Assembly: GCA_040218735.1 (NCBI GenBank)
Contig: JAVJQW010000019.1
Location: 256,001-320,000, forward strand
Origin: Deltaproteobacteria bacterium
GTDB lineage: Bacteria; Myxococcota; Kuafuiibacteriia; Kuafuiibacteriales; Kuafuiibacteriaceae
Direction of reading: 5' to 3'
Length of the DNA: 64,000 nucleotides
Below the pieces are notes generated by a model, which was not told the origin of the DNA, ran no database searches, and worked only from the letters and a program-made list of their open reading frames with translations. Below, piece after piece: positions 45,232-54,624 of this stretch (the first letter of the stretch is position 1; each line of letters opens with the position of its first letter). A program made the position numbers and the translations under genes.

Positions 45232-46032
45232 TCACCGCAAGGCGCGGTCGTGTAACAGGTGACAGGTGAGCTCCGCGAAGCCCTCGCCGCCCTCGCGCTC
45301 GGTCACGTATGCGGGGGGTGATGTCAGACGATCCGTGAACGCGCGGATGTTCGCGACGCCGACGCTGTGCTCGAAGAAGCCGAACGCGGGCTCGTCGTTG
45401 GGCGAGTCGCCGACGTACACGGCGCGCTGCCGGACCTCGGGGCGGTCGAGGTCGAGGTCGAGGACCTCGCGGGCGACGCGTCGGATCATGCCGAGTTTGT
45501 CGTAGGTGCCGAACCACCCGTTGACGTGGATGGAGCTCACTTTCGCGGTCGCGCCCGCGGCTTCGAAGATCTCCACGATCCGATCCACGTCTGCGCGCTC
45601 GAGGGGTTCGACGTCCTCGCAGAAGTCGATCGCGAGATCGTGGATGCGGTAGGGCTGGTCCGACGCGACGCCGGCGCCCGGGACCGCGGCGAGGATCTGC
45701 GCCTTCACCTCGGCGAGGCGGGTCTGGAGGGTCGCGCGCTCCTCGGCGCTCAGCACGAACGCCTGGTGGAGGCGGCGCGCGGATCGGTCGTAGCTGAAGT
45801 AGAACGCGCCGTTTTCACCGACGACGCCGGCCACCGGCCAAAAGCGCGCAATCATGTCGCACCACCCGGCGGGGCGGCCGGTGACGGGCACCACGGGGAT
45901 GCCGGCGTCGGCGAGCTTTTCGACCGCTTCGTAGGCGACGGCGGGTAGGCGCCCCTCGGTGGTGAGGGTGTCGTCGATGTCGCAGAAGACGGCGCGGATG
46001 TCGGCGGCGGGGAGCGCTTCGAAGGATTGCAT
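45232..46032 (-). CDS. HAD-IIB family hydrolase
   Basis: CDIDDTLT, VTGRPAGW, VGENG, SSIHVN, YVGDSPND. Confidence 0.92.
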   Translation of the reverse strand: MQSFEALPAADIRAVFCDIDDTLTTEGRLPAVAYEAVEKLADAGIPVVPVTGRPAGWCDMIARFWPVAGVVGENGAFYFSYDRSARRLHQAFVLSAEERATLQTRLAEVKAQILAAVPGAGVASDQPYRIHDLAIDFCEDVEPLERADVDRIVEIFEAAGATAKVSSIHVNGWFGTYDKLGMIRRVAREVLDLDLDRPEVRQRAVYVGDSPNDEPAFGFFEHSVGVANIRAFTDRLTSPPAYVTEREGGEGFAELTCHLLHDRALR

Positions 46033-46039
46033 CGGTCGT

Positions 46040-47101
46040 TCAGGCCAGCAGCTGCACGCGCTGCTCGACGGGCTCGGTGGGCTTGTCGCCGCGTTCGGCC
46101 TGTTTGAGCAAGCGCCAGATGTGGCCGCCGAGCAGATCCACGTCGGTGGAGACGAACTGCTCGCCGTCGAAGCGCTGCACGACGTCGGTCTGCGCCTGGA
46201 GCATGACGACGTCCTGCTTCAGGACCCGCATCGCGATCGGGGTGGCGACGAGGCGGAGCAGGAACGCCGGGACGATCGTCTTGAACGTCACCACCGCGAA
46301 CAGCCTGGTGACGAAGTCCGACACCGGCGTGAGCGCGCTGGTCGCGATGACCCGGTGCCGGTCGGCGAGCCCGTACTCGACCTGCGCGATCGAGGGGAGG
46401 ATGAACCGGTCGAAGTGCGTCACCGTGCCGCCCTGCGGCGCGAGGATGCTGCCGATGAGCCCGGTCGGGCGCGGCTCGCCGATGAACTCCGCCGATACCC
46501 GGTCGGCCTCGCGTCGAACTACCGCCGTGATCTCGTTCCGCTTCACGCCGCGGAACAGGCCGCGGTGGAGGAACGCCGTGTGCGGGACGTCGAGGATGTT
46601 CTCGCAGGTCGCGTGCAGCGTCGCCGGCACCTCGGCGTCGTAGCGCACCGTCGCGAAGCCGGGCTCGTCGAGGTGCGGGAGCTGGTACGGCCCGACCTCC
46701 GGCTCGTGGTCCGGGTCCATGTACACCCAGACGAACCCCTGCGACTCACGCGCGAAGAAACGCGGCACCCGCCGACCCTTCCCGGTCTGCACGCCGCACA
46801 GCGCGGGCACCCGCTGGCACGCGCCTTCACGATCGAAGGTCCACCCGTGGTAGCCGCACACGAGCTGGCCGCTCTCCACCGCGCCCATCGACAGCGGCAC
46901 GTTGCGATGCGCGCAGCGATCCAGGAGCGCGCTCGGCTGTCCGTCTTCGTCGCGGAAGAGCACGAGCGGCGTGTCGAGGATCGTGACGGCGAGCGGCTTC
47001 GCGCCGAGCGCGCCGGAGTGACACGCGACGTACCAGGCGCGCGTCACCCGCGCGACGGAGTACCGGCGCTTCGGCGCGGGGATGATCGGCGCGGTGTCCA
47101 C
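46040..47101 (-). CDS. Rieske oxygenase alpha subunit (VanA-like)
   Basis: DRCAHRNVPLS and CGYHGW Rieske ligands; ENILDVPHTAFLH mononuclear Fe site. Confidence 0.93.
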   Translation of the reverse strand: MDTAPIIPAPKRRYSVARVTRAWYVACHSGALGAKPLAVTILDTPLVLFRDEDGQPSALLDRCAHRNVPLSMGAVESGQLVCGYHGWTFDREGACQRVPALCGVQTGKGRRVPRFFARESQGFVWVYMDPDHEPEVGPYQLPHLDEPGFATVRYDAEVPATLHATCENILDVPHTAFLHRGLFRGVKRNEITAVVRREADRVSAEFIGEPRPTGLIGSILAPQGGTVTHFDRFILPSIAQVEYGLADRHRVIATSALTPVSDFVTRLFAVVTFKTIVPAFLLRLVATPIAMRVLKQDVVMLQAQTDVVQRFDGEQFVSTDVDLLGGHIWRLLKQAERGDKPTEPVEQRVQLLA

Positions 47102-47408
47102 GGCGCCGCGCGATCATAACAAACGGGCACCGCTGGCCAACTTGCGTCGGTGGTTCGGAGCGCGATCCCGGGGCTCACTGAGGCGCTCGACATCGCGCGG
47201 CGAGGCGGAAAACGGCAGGCGGCGCCGTTCTCGAAAGGCGCCGCAGAAGCCGGGCCGGAAGAAGCGCGAGGACCACGGCCCGAAGGAACGGCGGAAGGTG
47301 CTGTCGCGCATCGTTGCAAGGTGCCTGGATGGGCCACTCCGTGCGCCTGTCCGAACTGCGGCGGCGGAAGCCGCTGACGATTATCGTCGATCGTCGTCGG
47401 TGGTCCGA

Positions 47409-47909
47409 TCAGGCGCCGAGAGTGGGCGCTGCGGACGTGTGGATGACGTCCACACCGAACCCGCGGCAGGCGTTCAGCAGAGGCGAATCGGACGTGACGA
47501 GGGTGGCATGGTCTTGGTCGGCGGCAGCAATGACGGATGCGTCAACGACCCCGAATCTGCGGATCAGATCTGGTCGAAGCAACGCGAGTCTTACCGGGGA
47601 GTCATCGACACGAAGGCGCACGAGTTCCTCGACATAGTGCATCCGAAACCTCTCGAGCCACGACCCGCGTCGCCGTAGACACTGTTCGGCGTGGGCGTCG
47701 AGTTCCGCGAGAACGTAGTGGGTCGTCAGCACATGGGCTCGCGCCAGGAGCTGCTCGAACCTCTCCGCGACAATCGTCGAATTCACATACGAGATCCTCT
47801 GTTCGAGCTGCGCGAGCGCGGCAGCTGCGTCGTGGAACCCGCGACTCTGATCGATGAATTTGGCCGCGACGACATCCAGCAAGGGACCCGTATCGAGACA
47901 GAGCCTCAT
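47409..47909 (-). CDS. PIN-domain protein
   Basis: CLDTGPLL, VLAEL, FGVVDASVIAAA, LVTSD conserved acidic residues. Confidence 0.8.
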   Translation of the reverse strand: MRLCLDTGPLLDVVAAKFIDQSRGFHDAAAALAQLEQRISYVNSTIVAERFEQLLARAHVLTTHYVLAELDAHAEQCLRRRGSWLERFRMHYVEELVRLRVDDSPVRLALLRPDLIRRFGVVDASVIAAADQDHATLVTSDSPLLNACRGFGVDVIHTSAAPTLGA

Positions 47910-47915
47910 CGCGCC

Positions 47916-48587
47916 TCACCCGGCAGGAGCGGGTGGGATGTCGTATCTGTCGCATAGCCGTGTACGTTGCGATTCGATCGACGCGATGAGCGAGGCCGCA
48001 TCAGTAACGACGTGCTCCTTCGCAGTATGCGCCGCCACGACCTCGGGCTTGCTCGCGAACTTGGCAAAGTAGGTCTCGTTCATCGCAGACCAATAGGGAG
48101 CCAGGCCATTCGTTGGTTCAATCTCGCGCAGTCCGTTCACGATGCGCGTGGCCGCATTGGCTGGGAGCGATGAAAAGTCGGCGTTGTTCCAACTTCTGAA
48201 GATTCCAGTAGAGGCGATGTCTTCTCGCCTCGCGAGGTCCGACGCCGCACTCACGAATTCGGCATCGGAAATGAGTGACTCGTGCGCCGCCTGGCATGCC
48301 TGACGAAAAGCCTCGATGGCTTTCCCGTGTTCCTCGAGATCGTCGGCAAGGTCCGACGTCGTGTTCGCGAGAAGGTCGTCCAGCAGCATCTGTGCGTTCG
48401 GGAGCAGGTACTCTTTGGGGGCCCGCAGCAGACCGTAGCCCCTATCGCGTCGCCAAACGAGAGTGGGCTTCATCATGACCTCGCGCTCGGCATGGAGCGC
48501 GGCAATGAGTGGGTTCATTGCTCCGTGAATCCAGGCTTGAACTCGGGGCGAGTGCTTCTCAGGCGTCCATGTTGGCCGGGCGACCAT
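47916..48587 (-). CDS. Hypothetical helical protein coupled to the PIN gene
   Basis: 223 aa ORF, 6 bp gap to PIN gene, visibly more AT-rich codons than flanks. Confidence 0.7.
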   Translation of the reverse strand: MVARPTWTPEKHSPRVQAWIHGAMNPLIAALHAEREVMMKPTLVWRRDRGYGLLRAPKEYLLPNAQMLLDDLLANTTSDLADDLEEHGKAIEAFRQACQAAHESLISDAEFVSAASDLARREDIASTGIFRSWNNADFSSLPANAATRIVNGLREIEPTNGLAPYWSAMNETYFAKFASKPEVVAAHTAKEHVVTDAASLIASIESQRTRLCDRYDIPPAPAG

Positions 48588-48825
48588 TTTAGAACCTGAC
48601 CACGAGCGTCATGCAGAGGCAATCCCGGACCAAAGCGATGAACCCGGCAGAACACTCGCTCGGGAACCAGGACCGAGACGCTTCGGAGGTGGCTCGGACG
48701 ATGAAGCGAGGGCGCTCGTGTGTGCACGAGACGTCGTCGCTGGAGCCGTGGTGCTCGCAAATCGAAGAGCTGTTCATGTGCTTCCTGCCGTGACGCGTCG
48801 CGCTCGGAATCACCGATCCTCTTCC

Positions 48826-49191
48826 TCACACGCGGGCCAGGGCTACGCCCGCCGCGGTCGCGCCGAGGCAGACCACGAACGTAGCGGCCGCGTAGGCGAC
48901 GCCGAGCCCCGGACGGCCCTCCAGGATCAGTCGGTGCACCTCCAGGTTGTACGTCGAGTAGGTCGTGAAGCCGCCCATCGCCCCGGTCGTCAGCAGCAGC
49001 CGCATCTGGGGCGTGCCCGCCGTCCCGAACTTGGCCACGAGCACCCCGAGCAGGACCGATCCCACGACGTTCACGACGAACGTGCCGATTGGGAACGCCG
49101 TCACCCCGAACATGCGTATCGCCCCGACCCCGACCAGGTACCTCAGCGCCGAACCCGCGGCGCCGCCGAGTGCGACCCACAGGACGTTCAC
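48826..49191 (-). CDS. crcB: Fluoride channel CrcB/FluC
   Basis: VALGGAAGSALRY, FPIGTFVVNVVGS, TGAMGGFTTYSTY; GTGA overlap with radA. Confidence 0.95.
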   Translation of the reverse strand: MNVLWVALGGAAGSALRYLVGVGAIRMFGVTAFPIGTFVVNVVGSVLLGVLVAKFGTAGTPQMRLLLTTGAMGGFTTYSTYNLEVHRLILEGRPGLGVAYAAATFVVCLGATAAGVALARV

Positions 49192-50573
49192 AGCACGGCC
49201 CCGAGCGCCTGCTCGATCGTCCGCGCGCCCACGACCTCCATCCCGCGCGGCGCCGAAGCCCGCGCGCGCGAAGCCTCCGGCAGCACGGCGCGCGAGAAGC
49301 CCAGCTTGTGCGCCTCCGCCAGCCGCAGGTCCGCCTGCGCGATCGCGCGCAGCTCGCCGGCGAGCCCGACCTCCCCGAACACCACCGTGCGTGAATCGAC
49401 CGAGCGCCCGCCGAGTGAGGACGCGAGTGCCGTCGCCACCGCGAGATCCGCGGCGGGCTCCGAGATGTCGATGCCGCCCGCGACGTTCACGAACACGTCA
49501 CAGCCCAGCAGGTCCAAGCCGGCGCGCCGCTCGAGCACCGCGACGAGGAGCGCGGCGCGCGAGGCGTCGAAGCCGAGGCACGTGCGTCGCGGCGTGCCGA
49601 AGTTGGTCGGCGACACCAGCGCCTGCACCTCCACGAGCAGCGGGCGCGTCCCCTCCAGCGCGGGGAGCACGACCGAACCCGGGGCGTCCTCGGGGCGCTC
49701 CGCGAGGAACAGCTCCGACGGGTTCTCCACCGCGACGAGCCCGCGCTCCTGCATCTCGAACACGCCGATCTCGTTCGTCGATCCGAAGCGGTTCTTGTGC
49801 GCGCGTAGGATCCGGTAGGGGTGGCCGCCGGTGCTCTCGAAGTACAGCACCGTGTCGACCATGTGCTCCAGCACGCGCGGCCCCGCGAGCGCGCCCTCCT
49901 TGGTGACGTGCCCGACCAGCACCGTGGGCACGCCGTGCGCCTTCGCGAGGTAGAGGAACCGCGCTGCGACCTCGCGGATCTGCGACACGGATCCGGGCGC
50001 CGACTCCAGCGCAGGATCGTAGATCGATTGAATGGAGTCGATGACGACGGCGGAAGGTTTGTCGTCCTCGATCGCCGCGGCGATCCGATCCGCGCGCGTC
50101 TCTGCGAAGATCATCACCCGCGACGCGTCGACCCCCAGACGCTCCGCGCGCAACTTGACTTGCTCCGGCGATTCCTCGCCGCTCACGTACAGCGGGCGGC
50201 TGTCCGGCACGACGGCCGCGATGCGATCGAGCGCCGCCAACAGCAGCGTCGACTTGCCGATCCCCGGGTCCCCGCCGACCAGCACCAGCGCCCCCGCGAC
50301 CAACCCGCCACCGAGCACCCGATCCAGCTCCGACTGCCCGGTGACGATCCGCGTGGCCCCCGCCGACGTGACCTGATCCAACGGCACCGGCTTCGCGCTC
50401 TTCACGGCCTCCGGCAGGCGGAACGTGCGTCCGACGTTGGTGCCCTTCGCGGGCGCTTCCTTCTTGGTCTCGACGAGGCTGTTCCAGGCGCCGCACCCCG
50501 GGCAGCGCCCCATCCACTTCGCCGACTCGTGCCCGCACGCGTTGCAGCGGTGAACCGTCTTTGCCTTCGCCAT
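49188..50573 (-). CDS. radA: DNA repair protein RadA/Sms
   Basis: CNACG...GRCPGCGAWN zinc finger, GDPGIGKSTLLL, DSIQ, KNRFG, EGTRP. Confidence 0.98.
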   Translation of the reverse strand: MAKAKTVHRCNACGHESAKWMGRCPGCGAWNSLVETKKEAPAKGTNVGRTFRLPEAVKSAKPVPLDQVTSAGATRIVTGQSELDRVLGGGLVAGALVLVGGDPGIGKSTLLLAALDRIAAVVPDSRPLYVSGEESPEQVKLRAERLGVDASRVMIFAETRADRIAAAIEDDKPSAVVIDSIQSIYDPALESAPGSVSQIREVAARFLYLAKAHGVPTVLVGHVTKEGALAGPRVLEHMVDTVLYFESTGGHPYRILRAHKNRFGSTNEIGVFEMQERGLVAVENPSELFLAERPEDAPGSVVLPALEGTRPLLVEVQALVSPTNFGTPRRTCLGFDASRAALLVAVLERRAGLDLLGCDVFVNVAGGIDISEPAADLAVATALASSLGGRSVDSRTVVFGEVGLAGELRAIAQADLRLAEAHKLGFSRAVLPEASRARASAPRGMEVVGARTIEQALGAVL

Positions 50574-50624
50574 CGTCGCCGCGGACGGTAGCAAAACTGG
50601 ACCGCTCGTAGGTCCGGAAATCGT

Positions 50625-51470
50625 TCAGGAGCGCGGGCGCCGTCGAACCCACGCCAGCAGCGCGATCAGAGCCCACGCGCTCGGCGCGCCGGTGCTCGTG
50701 CACCCGAATGGTTCGTTCGTCACGAGGGACTCGCCGCTCTCGGGGATCGCGGAGCACTGCTGCGGAGGTCGCGAGCGCGGGTACACAAAACACAACGCCT
50801 GCGTGTCGTCGCTCTCCAGCGAAGCGAGCTGGGTGTCGCACGCGTTCACGATCGGCCACATCGTGGGCAGCCGCCCGTCCTCGGTGAGCGCGGGATCGAG
50901 GTCCGAGCACATCGTCACCGGGCACGGATCCTCCGGGTCGATCGTCGCGGGCGTCTCACACGGGTGCGCGAGCCCGATGAAGTGCCCGACCTCGTGCGTG
51001 ATCACCGTCTGGAGATCAAACGCGCCGGAGCACGCGGAGGACGTCGTCGTGACCTCCTCGTTCACGGAGATCGTCGCGGTCCGAATCAACCCCGACCGCA
51101 CCGCGTAGGAGACACTCGTGATCGCCGCGGCGCTCGGCTCGAACTCCAAGTTCCAGCCTTGGTCGATCAGCTCGACCTCGTTCTTCACCGCGTTCACCGG
51201 ACCGGGCGGGAGGATCGCCACCCGCGTGAACCGCATGTCGGAGCACGCGACCGACGCCCACCGCTCGAACGCTCCGTCCACGGCGCGCATCGCGTCGACC
51301 TCCGAGAACCGCGAAGCCTCCGGTTTCCGCAGCACGTACGGGAGGTTCCGCTCGGGCCAGTGCAGCGACACGATGCAGCGCGAGTCCGACCGCGTGCACT
51401 CGAACGCGCTCGCGACCTCGGGCGCACCGAGGCACAGGCCGACGAGGGCCATGGCGAGCAACCGACGCAC
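50625..51470 (-). CDS. Matrixin-family metalloprotease with MYXO-CTERM-like tail
   Basis: Signal peptide; DLQTVITHEVGHFIGLAH; TMWP Met-turn; tail GCTSTGAPSAWALIALLAWVRRR. Confidence 0.9.
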   Translation of the reverse strand: MRRLLAMALVGLCLGAPEVASAFECTRSDSRCIVSLHWPERNLPYVLRKPEASRFSEVDAMRAVDGAFERWASVACSDMRFTRVAILPPGPVNAVKNEVELIDQGWNLEFEPSAAAITSVSYAVRSGLIRTATISVNEEVTTTSSACSGAFDLQTVITHEVGHFIGLAHPCETPATIDPEDPCPVTMCSDLDPALTEDGRLPTMWPIVNACDTQLASLESDDTQALCFVYPRSRPPQQCSAIPESGESLVTNEPFGCTSTGAPSAWALIALLAWVRRRPRS

Positions 51471-51589
51471 GAGACATCTACTCTACCAAACGACCCGGGA
51501 GTCGGGCATTTCGTGACGATTCTCGATCGACGCCCGCGATCCGCGTGCGCATCATCGGGGGACCGCCCGCTCCGGGAGGTGCCTCACTC

Positions 51590-52807
51590 ATGCTGCGCTC
51601 CGTCTTCCGAGCTTATCGGGAGGCCTACTCGGGTCTCCCGCGAGCCACCTGGCTGCTGGCCGGCGCGGCGTTCTTCAACCGCGCGGGGCACATGGTCCTC
51701 CCGTACTTGGCCCTCTACCTCACCAGCCAACACGGGTACGCCGCGGACCAGGCCGGGCGTTTCATCGGGCTGTACGGGGTGGGGGCCTTCCTCGGCGCCT
51801 ACCTTGGAGGGGAGCTCGTCGACCGTTTCGATTCGGTCCGCGTGCAGGTCTTCTCACTCCTCGGGACCGCGGTGGGGTACGGCATCCTCTCCCAGGCCCA
51901 GACCACCACGCAGATCGGCGTCGTACTGTTCGGGACGGCGTTGGTGTCGGAGGCCTTCCGGCCCGCGAGCTTGGCGTCGGTCGCGATCTACAACCCCGAA
52001 GCGGTGCGTCCGCGGGCGTTCGGGTTGGTGCGCCTGGCGGTCAACCTGGGTTTTGCGATGGGGCCCACGCTCGGTGGGTTCCTCGCGGCGGTGAGTTACT
52101 CGTGGCTGTTCGCGGTGGACGCCGCGACCTGCCTCGCGGCGGGGCTGTTCCTCGCGGTGACGATGCGGGGGCGGCGTGCGTTCGAGGACGAGCCTTCGGC
52201 CGACGAGCTCGCGGGGGTACGGCGGTCGCCGTGGCGTGACCGGGTGTTCCTGTCGATCCTCGTGTTGCTGCTCGGGATCGGCGCGATCTTCTTCCAGTTC
52301 GAGTCGACGTACACGCTGTACCTGCACGAGGTGATCGGCCTGTCGGAGGCGAGGATTGGTCCGCTGTTCGCGATCAACGCGCTGACGATCGCGTTGTTCG
52401 AGATGCTGCTGATCAAACGCCTCGAGAACGCGTCGCCGCTGCGGGTGGTCGCGTTCGGCGCGCTCTTCGTGACGATGGGCTTCGCGGGGCTGCTGCTGTT
52501 CGACCACATCGCTTGGGTGATCGTGACGCTCCTGATGTGGACGATCGGCGAGATGCTCACGTTCCCGATCCTTTCGAACGTGGTGTCCTCGCGCGCGGAC
52601 CGCTTCAGCCGCGGGCGTTACATGGCGCTGTACACGATGGCGTTCGCGACGGCGTTCTCTACCGCGCCGATCCTCGGGACGATGCTCTACGAGCACGTCA
52701 GCCCGCGCGCGCCCTTCGCGGCGTGTGGCGTGGTGGGGCTCCTAGCGACGGCGGGGTTCTTTGCCCTGGATCGACGTGCGTCCGCGATGGATGCTCATCG
52801 GCGGTGA
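51590..52807 (+). CDS. MFS transporter
   Basis: GGELVDRFD motif A, RAFGLVRLAVNLGFAMGP, RGRYMALY; about 12 TM; GGAGG RBS. Confidence 0.92.
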   Translation: MLRSVFRAYREAYSGLPRATWLLAGAAFFNRAGHMVLPYLALYLTSQHGYAADQAGRFIGLYGVGAFLGAYLGGELVDRFDSVRVQVFSLLGTAVGYGILSQAQTTTQIGVVLFGTALVSEAFRPASLASVAIYNPEAVRPRAFGLVRLAVNLGFAMGPTLGGFLAAVSYSWLFAVDAATCLAAGLFLAVTMRGRRAFEDEPSADELAGVRRSPWRDRVFLSILVLLLGIGAIFFQFESTYTLYLHEVIGLSEARIGPLFAINALTIALFEMLLIKRLENASPLRVVAFGALFVTMGFAGLLLFDHIAWVIVTLLMWTIGEMLTFPILSNVVSSRADRFSRGRYMALYTMAFATAFSTAPILGTMLYEHVSPRAPFAACGVVGLLATAGFFALDRRASAMDAHRR

Positions 52808-53682
52808 GGCCGAAGCACTACATCGCGGGCGCCGCCGTCCTGTTCGCGGTCGGGTTCGCGGGGTACGTGCTCAAGGAACGGAACCTCAAGTACCGCCCGT
52901 ACAAGAGCGCGCTGTTCTTCGCGCTCACCGAGAACGACTTCTCCCAAGCCTTCCTCCGCCCCGGCGCCGAAGCCGAGCTGCGCGCTGCCGTGCCGCTGAC
53001 CGGTGAGACGGAGCGCGCGCGGGTCTACCAGTTGATCGATTGGATCCGCGACCAGACCGAACCCACCGAGCAGTGGACGGTCGACGCCGAGCGCCTCCTC
53101 GAGTCGCGCGCGGGTGCGTGTGAGATCCACGCGCTCGCCGTCGCGGTGCTCCGGGCGCACGACATCCGCGCGCGGTGGATCGCGGGGGTGCGTTCGTCGA
53201 TCGGGTTCGGGTACCTGGAGGCCCACGTCGACGGGTCGTGGGAGGCGTTCAAGCTGCGCGACCTCGAAACCAAGACCACCTCGGTCAGCGCGTGGACGCT
53301 CTACCAAACGCGCGAGCCTGACCTCAGCATCCGGACCTTCTACCCATCGCCCGGCGAGCGGCTCACGTCGTGGGCGGGGCCGATGGCGGTCGGTTTGTTC
53401 CCGTTCGAGAACGTCGAGCGGCACCCGGAGTTGGAGGCGGTGTTCACCGGCACCGAGGGGCTCGACCTCGAGTACGGCGCGCTCGATCCGTACGACTACG
53501 TTTACGACTGGGCGCACCACGCTGACCATCCGTGGCTCGAGAAGGGAGAGGTCTGGGATCGGCTTTGGGCGCGGCGCGACAAGTTCCGGTTCCACCGGCG
53601 TCGCGCGCTGGGGCGTTTGATCGACGCGATCGATCGCGCCCTCGGCGTTCAGTCCACCGCGCCGCGCGTGGCGAGCAAGTAG
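52804..53682 (+). CDS. Transglutaminase-like membrane-anchored protein
   Basis: GTGA overlap with MFS; TM; VYQLIDWIRD...AGACEIHALAVAVLRAHDIRARWIAG...YLEAHVDGSW. Confidence 0.65.
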   Translation: MRPKHYIAGAAVLFAVGFAGYVLKERNLKYRPYKSALFFALTENDFSQAFLRPGAEAELRAAVPLTGETERARVYQLIDWIRDQTEPTEQWTVDAERLLESRAGACEIHALAVAVLRAHDIRARWIAGVRSSIGFGYLEAHVDGSWEAFKLRDLETKTTSVSAWTLYQTREPDLSIRTFYPSPGERLTSWAGPMAVGLFPFENVERHPELEAVFTGTEGLDLEYGALDPYDYVYDWAHHADHPWLEKGEVWDRLWARRDKFRFHRRRALGRLIDAIDRALGVQSTAPRVASK

Positions 53683-54608
53683 CTCTCGGTCCAGGCGACG
53701 CCGGTGAGGGCGCGACCGAGCGGCACCGTCACGAGCATGCCGATGCAGAGGAGCATCACGCCGACCAGCGCCGCGGCGCATTCGACGAGGACCATCACGA
53801 ACCCGAACTTGAAGAGCGACCAGCGGTTGCCGTCGGCGAGGGACCAGGACGACCGCAGCGACTCGATCGGTCCGTCGCCGTCGAGCGCGACGCGGAACGA
53901 CGCGAGGCACATGCCGAGGTACGCGTAGATCAGCGGGCCGATCGCGAGGAGCGCGAGGAGCGCGGTGACGGCGAACGCGGGGCCTTCGTCGAGGAAGTAG
54001 AACGCGGCGCCCGCGCCTGCGGCGAACGGAGCGGCGATGACGATGTAGACGAGGCCCTGCAGGAGCGTGGAGCCGAGCATGCTGAGCATCGCGTCGGCGC
54101 CACTGAAGAGATCGCGGTAGCCCTCCTCGCCGTAGGCGTGGACCGTGTGCATCTGGCGGAGGAAGCCGGTGCGGAAGAACGCGTGGCCGAGGAGCATCGC
54201 GGCGGCGACGACCAGGCCGACCAGGATGACGCCCGCGGTGGGGATGGCGTCCTGGAGCGCGGAGAATTTGGATCCCATCACGGCGATCGTGTCGCCGGCG
54301 CCGCTGACGAGGCTCGAGAGGCCGTCGTCGCTGTCGCCGCCGCCCGAGTAGTGGCCGTCGAAGAGGACCATGAGGACGCCGCCCACCCACATCGCGAGCG
54401 GCGCGGCGCGCACCGCCGCCATGCCGGAGTCGAAGCCGCGGGAGATGTCGAAGGCGAGACCGAAGGGGAGCTGTCGAGGGGGCTCTTCGTAGGGGTCGTG
54501 GGGATCGTCGGGCCAGGCGTCGGGAGCGTCGAAGGGATCGTTCACTACGAAGGGAATAGGCACGAGGGGAGCGCCGTCGATCGGATTAGCGCGTGGCCGG
54601 GGGTTCAC
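53649..54608 (-). CDS. Hypothetical integral membrane protein
   Basis: Several TM helices; GPIESLRSSWSLADGNRWSLF, LLCIGMLVTVP; start uncertain. Confidence 0.75.
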   Translation of the reverse strand: MNPRPRANPIDGAPLVPIPFVVNDPFDAPDAWPDDPHDPYEEPPRQLPFGLAFDISRGFDSGMAAVRAAPLAMWVGGVLMVLFDGHYSGGGDSDDGLSSLVSGAGDTIAVMGSKFSALQDAIPTAGVILVGLVVAAAMLLGHAFFRTGFLRQMHTVHAYGEEGYRDLFSGADAMLSMLGSTLLQGLVYIVIAAPFAAGAGAAFYFLDEGPAFAVTALLALLAIGPLIYAYLGMCLASFRVALDGDGPIESLRSSWSLADGNRWSLFKFGFVMVLVECAAALVGVMLLCIGMLVTVPLGRALTGVAWTESYLLATRGAVD

Positions 54609-54624
54609 GGCGACCCCGGACGAC

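Noticed and set aside
48589-48813. Short ORFs upstream of the PIN pair
   Set aside because: No motif, RBS or codon bias to choose a frame; left uncalled.
49192-49300. Fluoride riboswitch upstream of crcB
   Set aside because: crcB overlaps the radA stop, leaving no leader, and no riboswitch consensus was seen.
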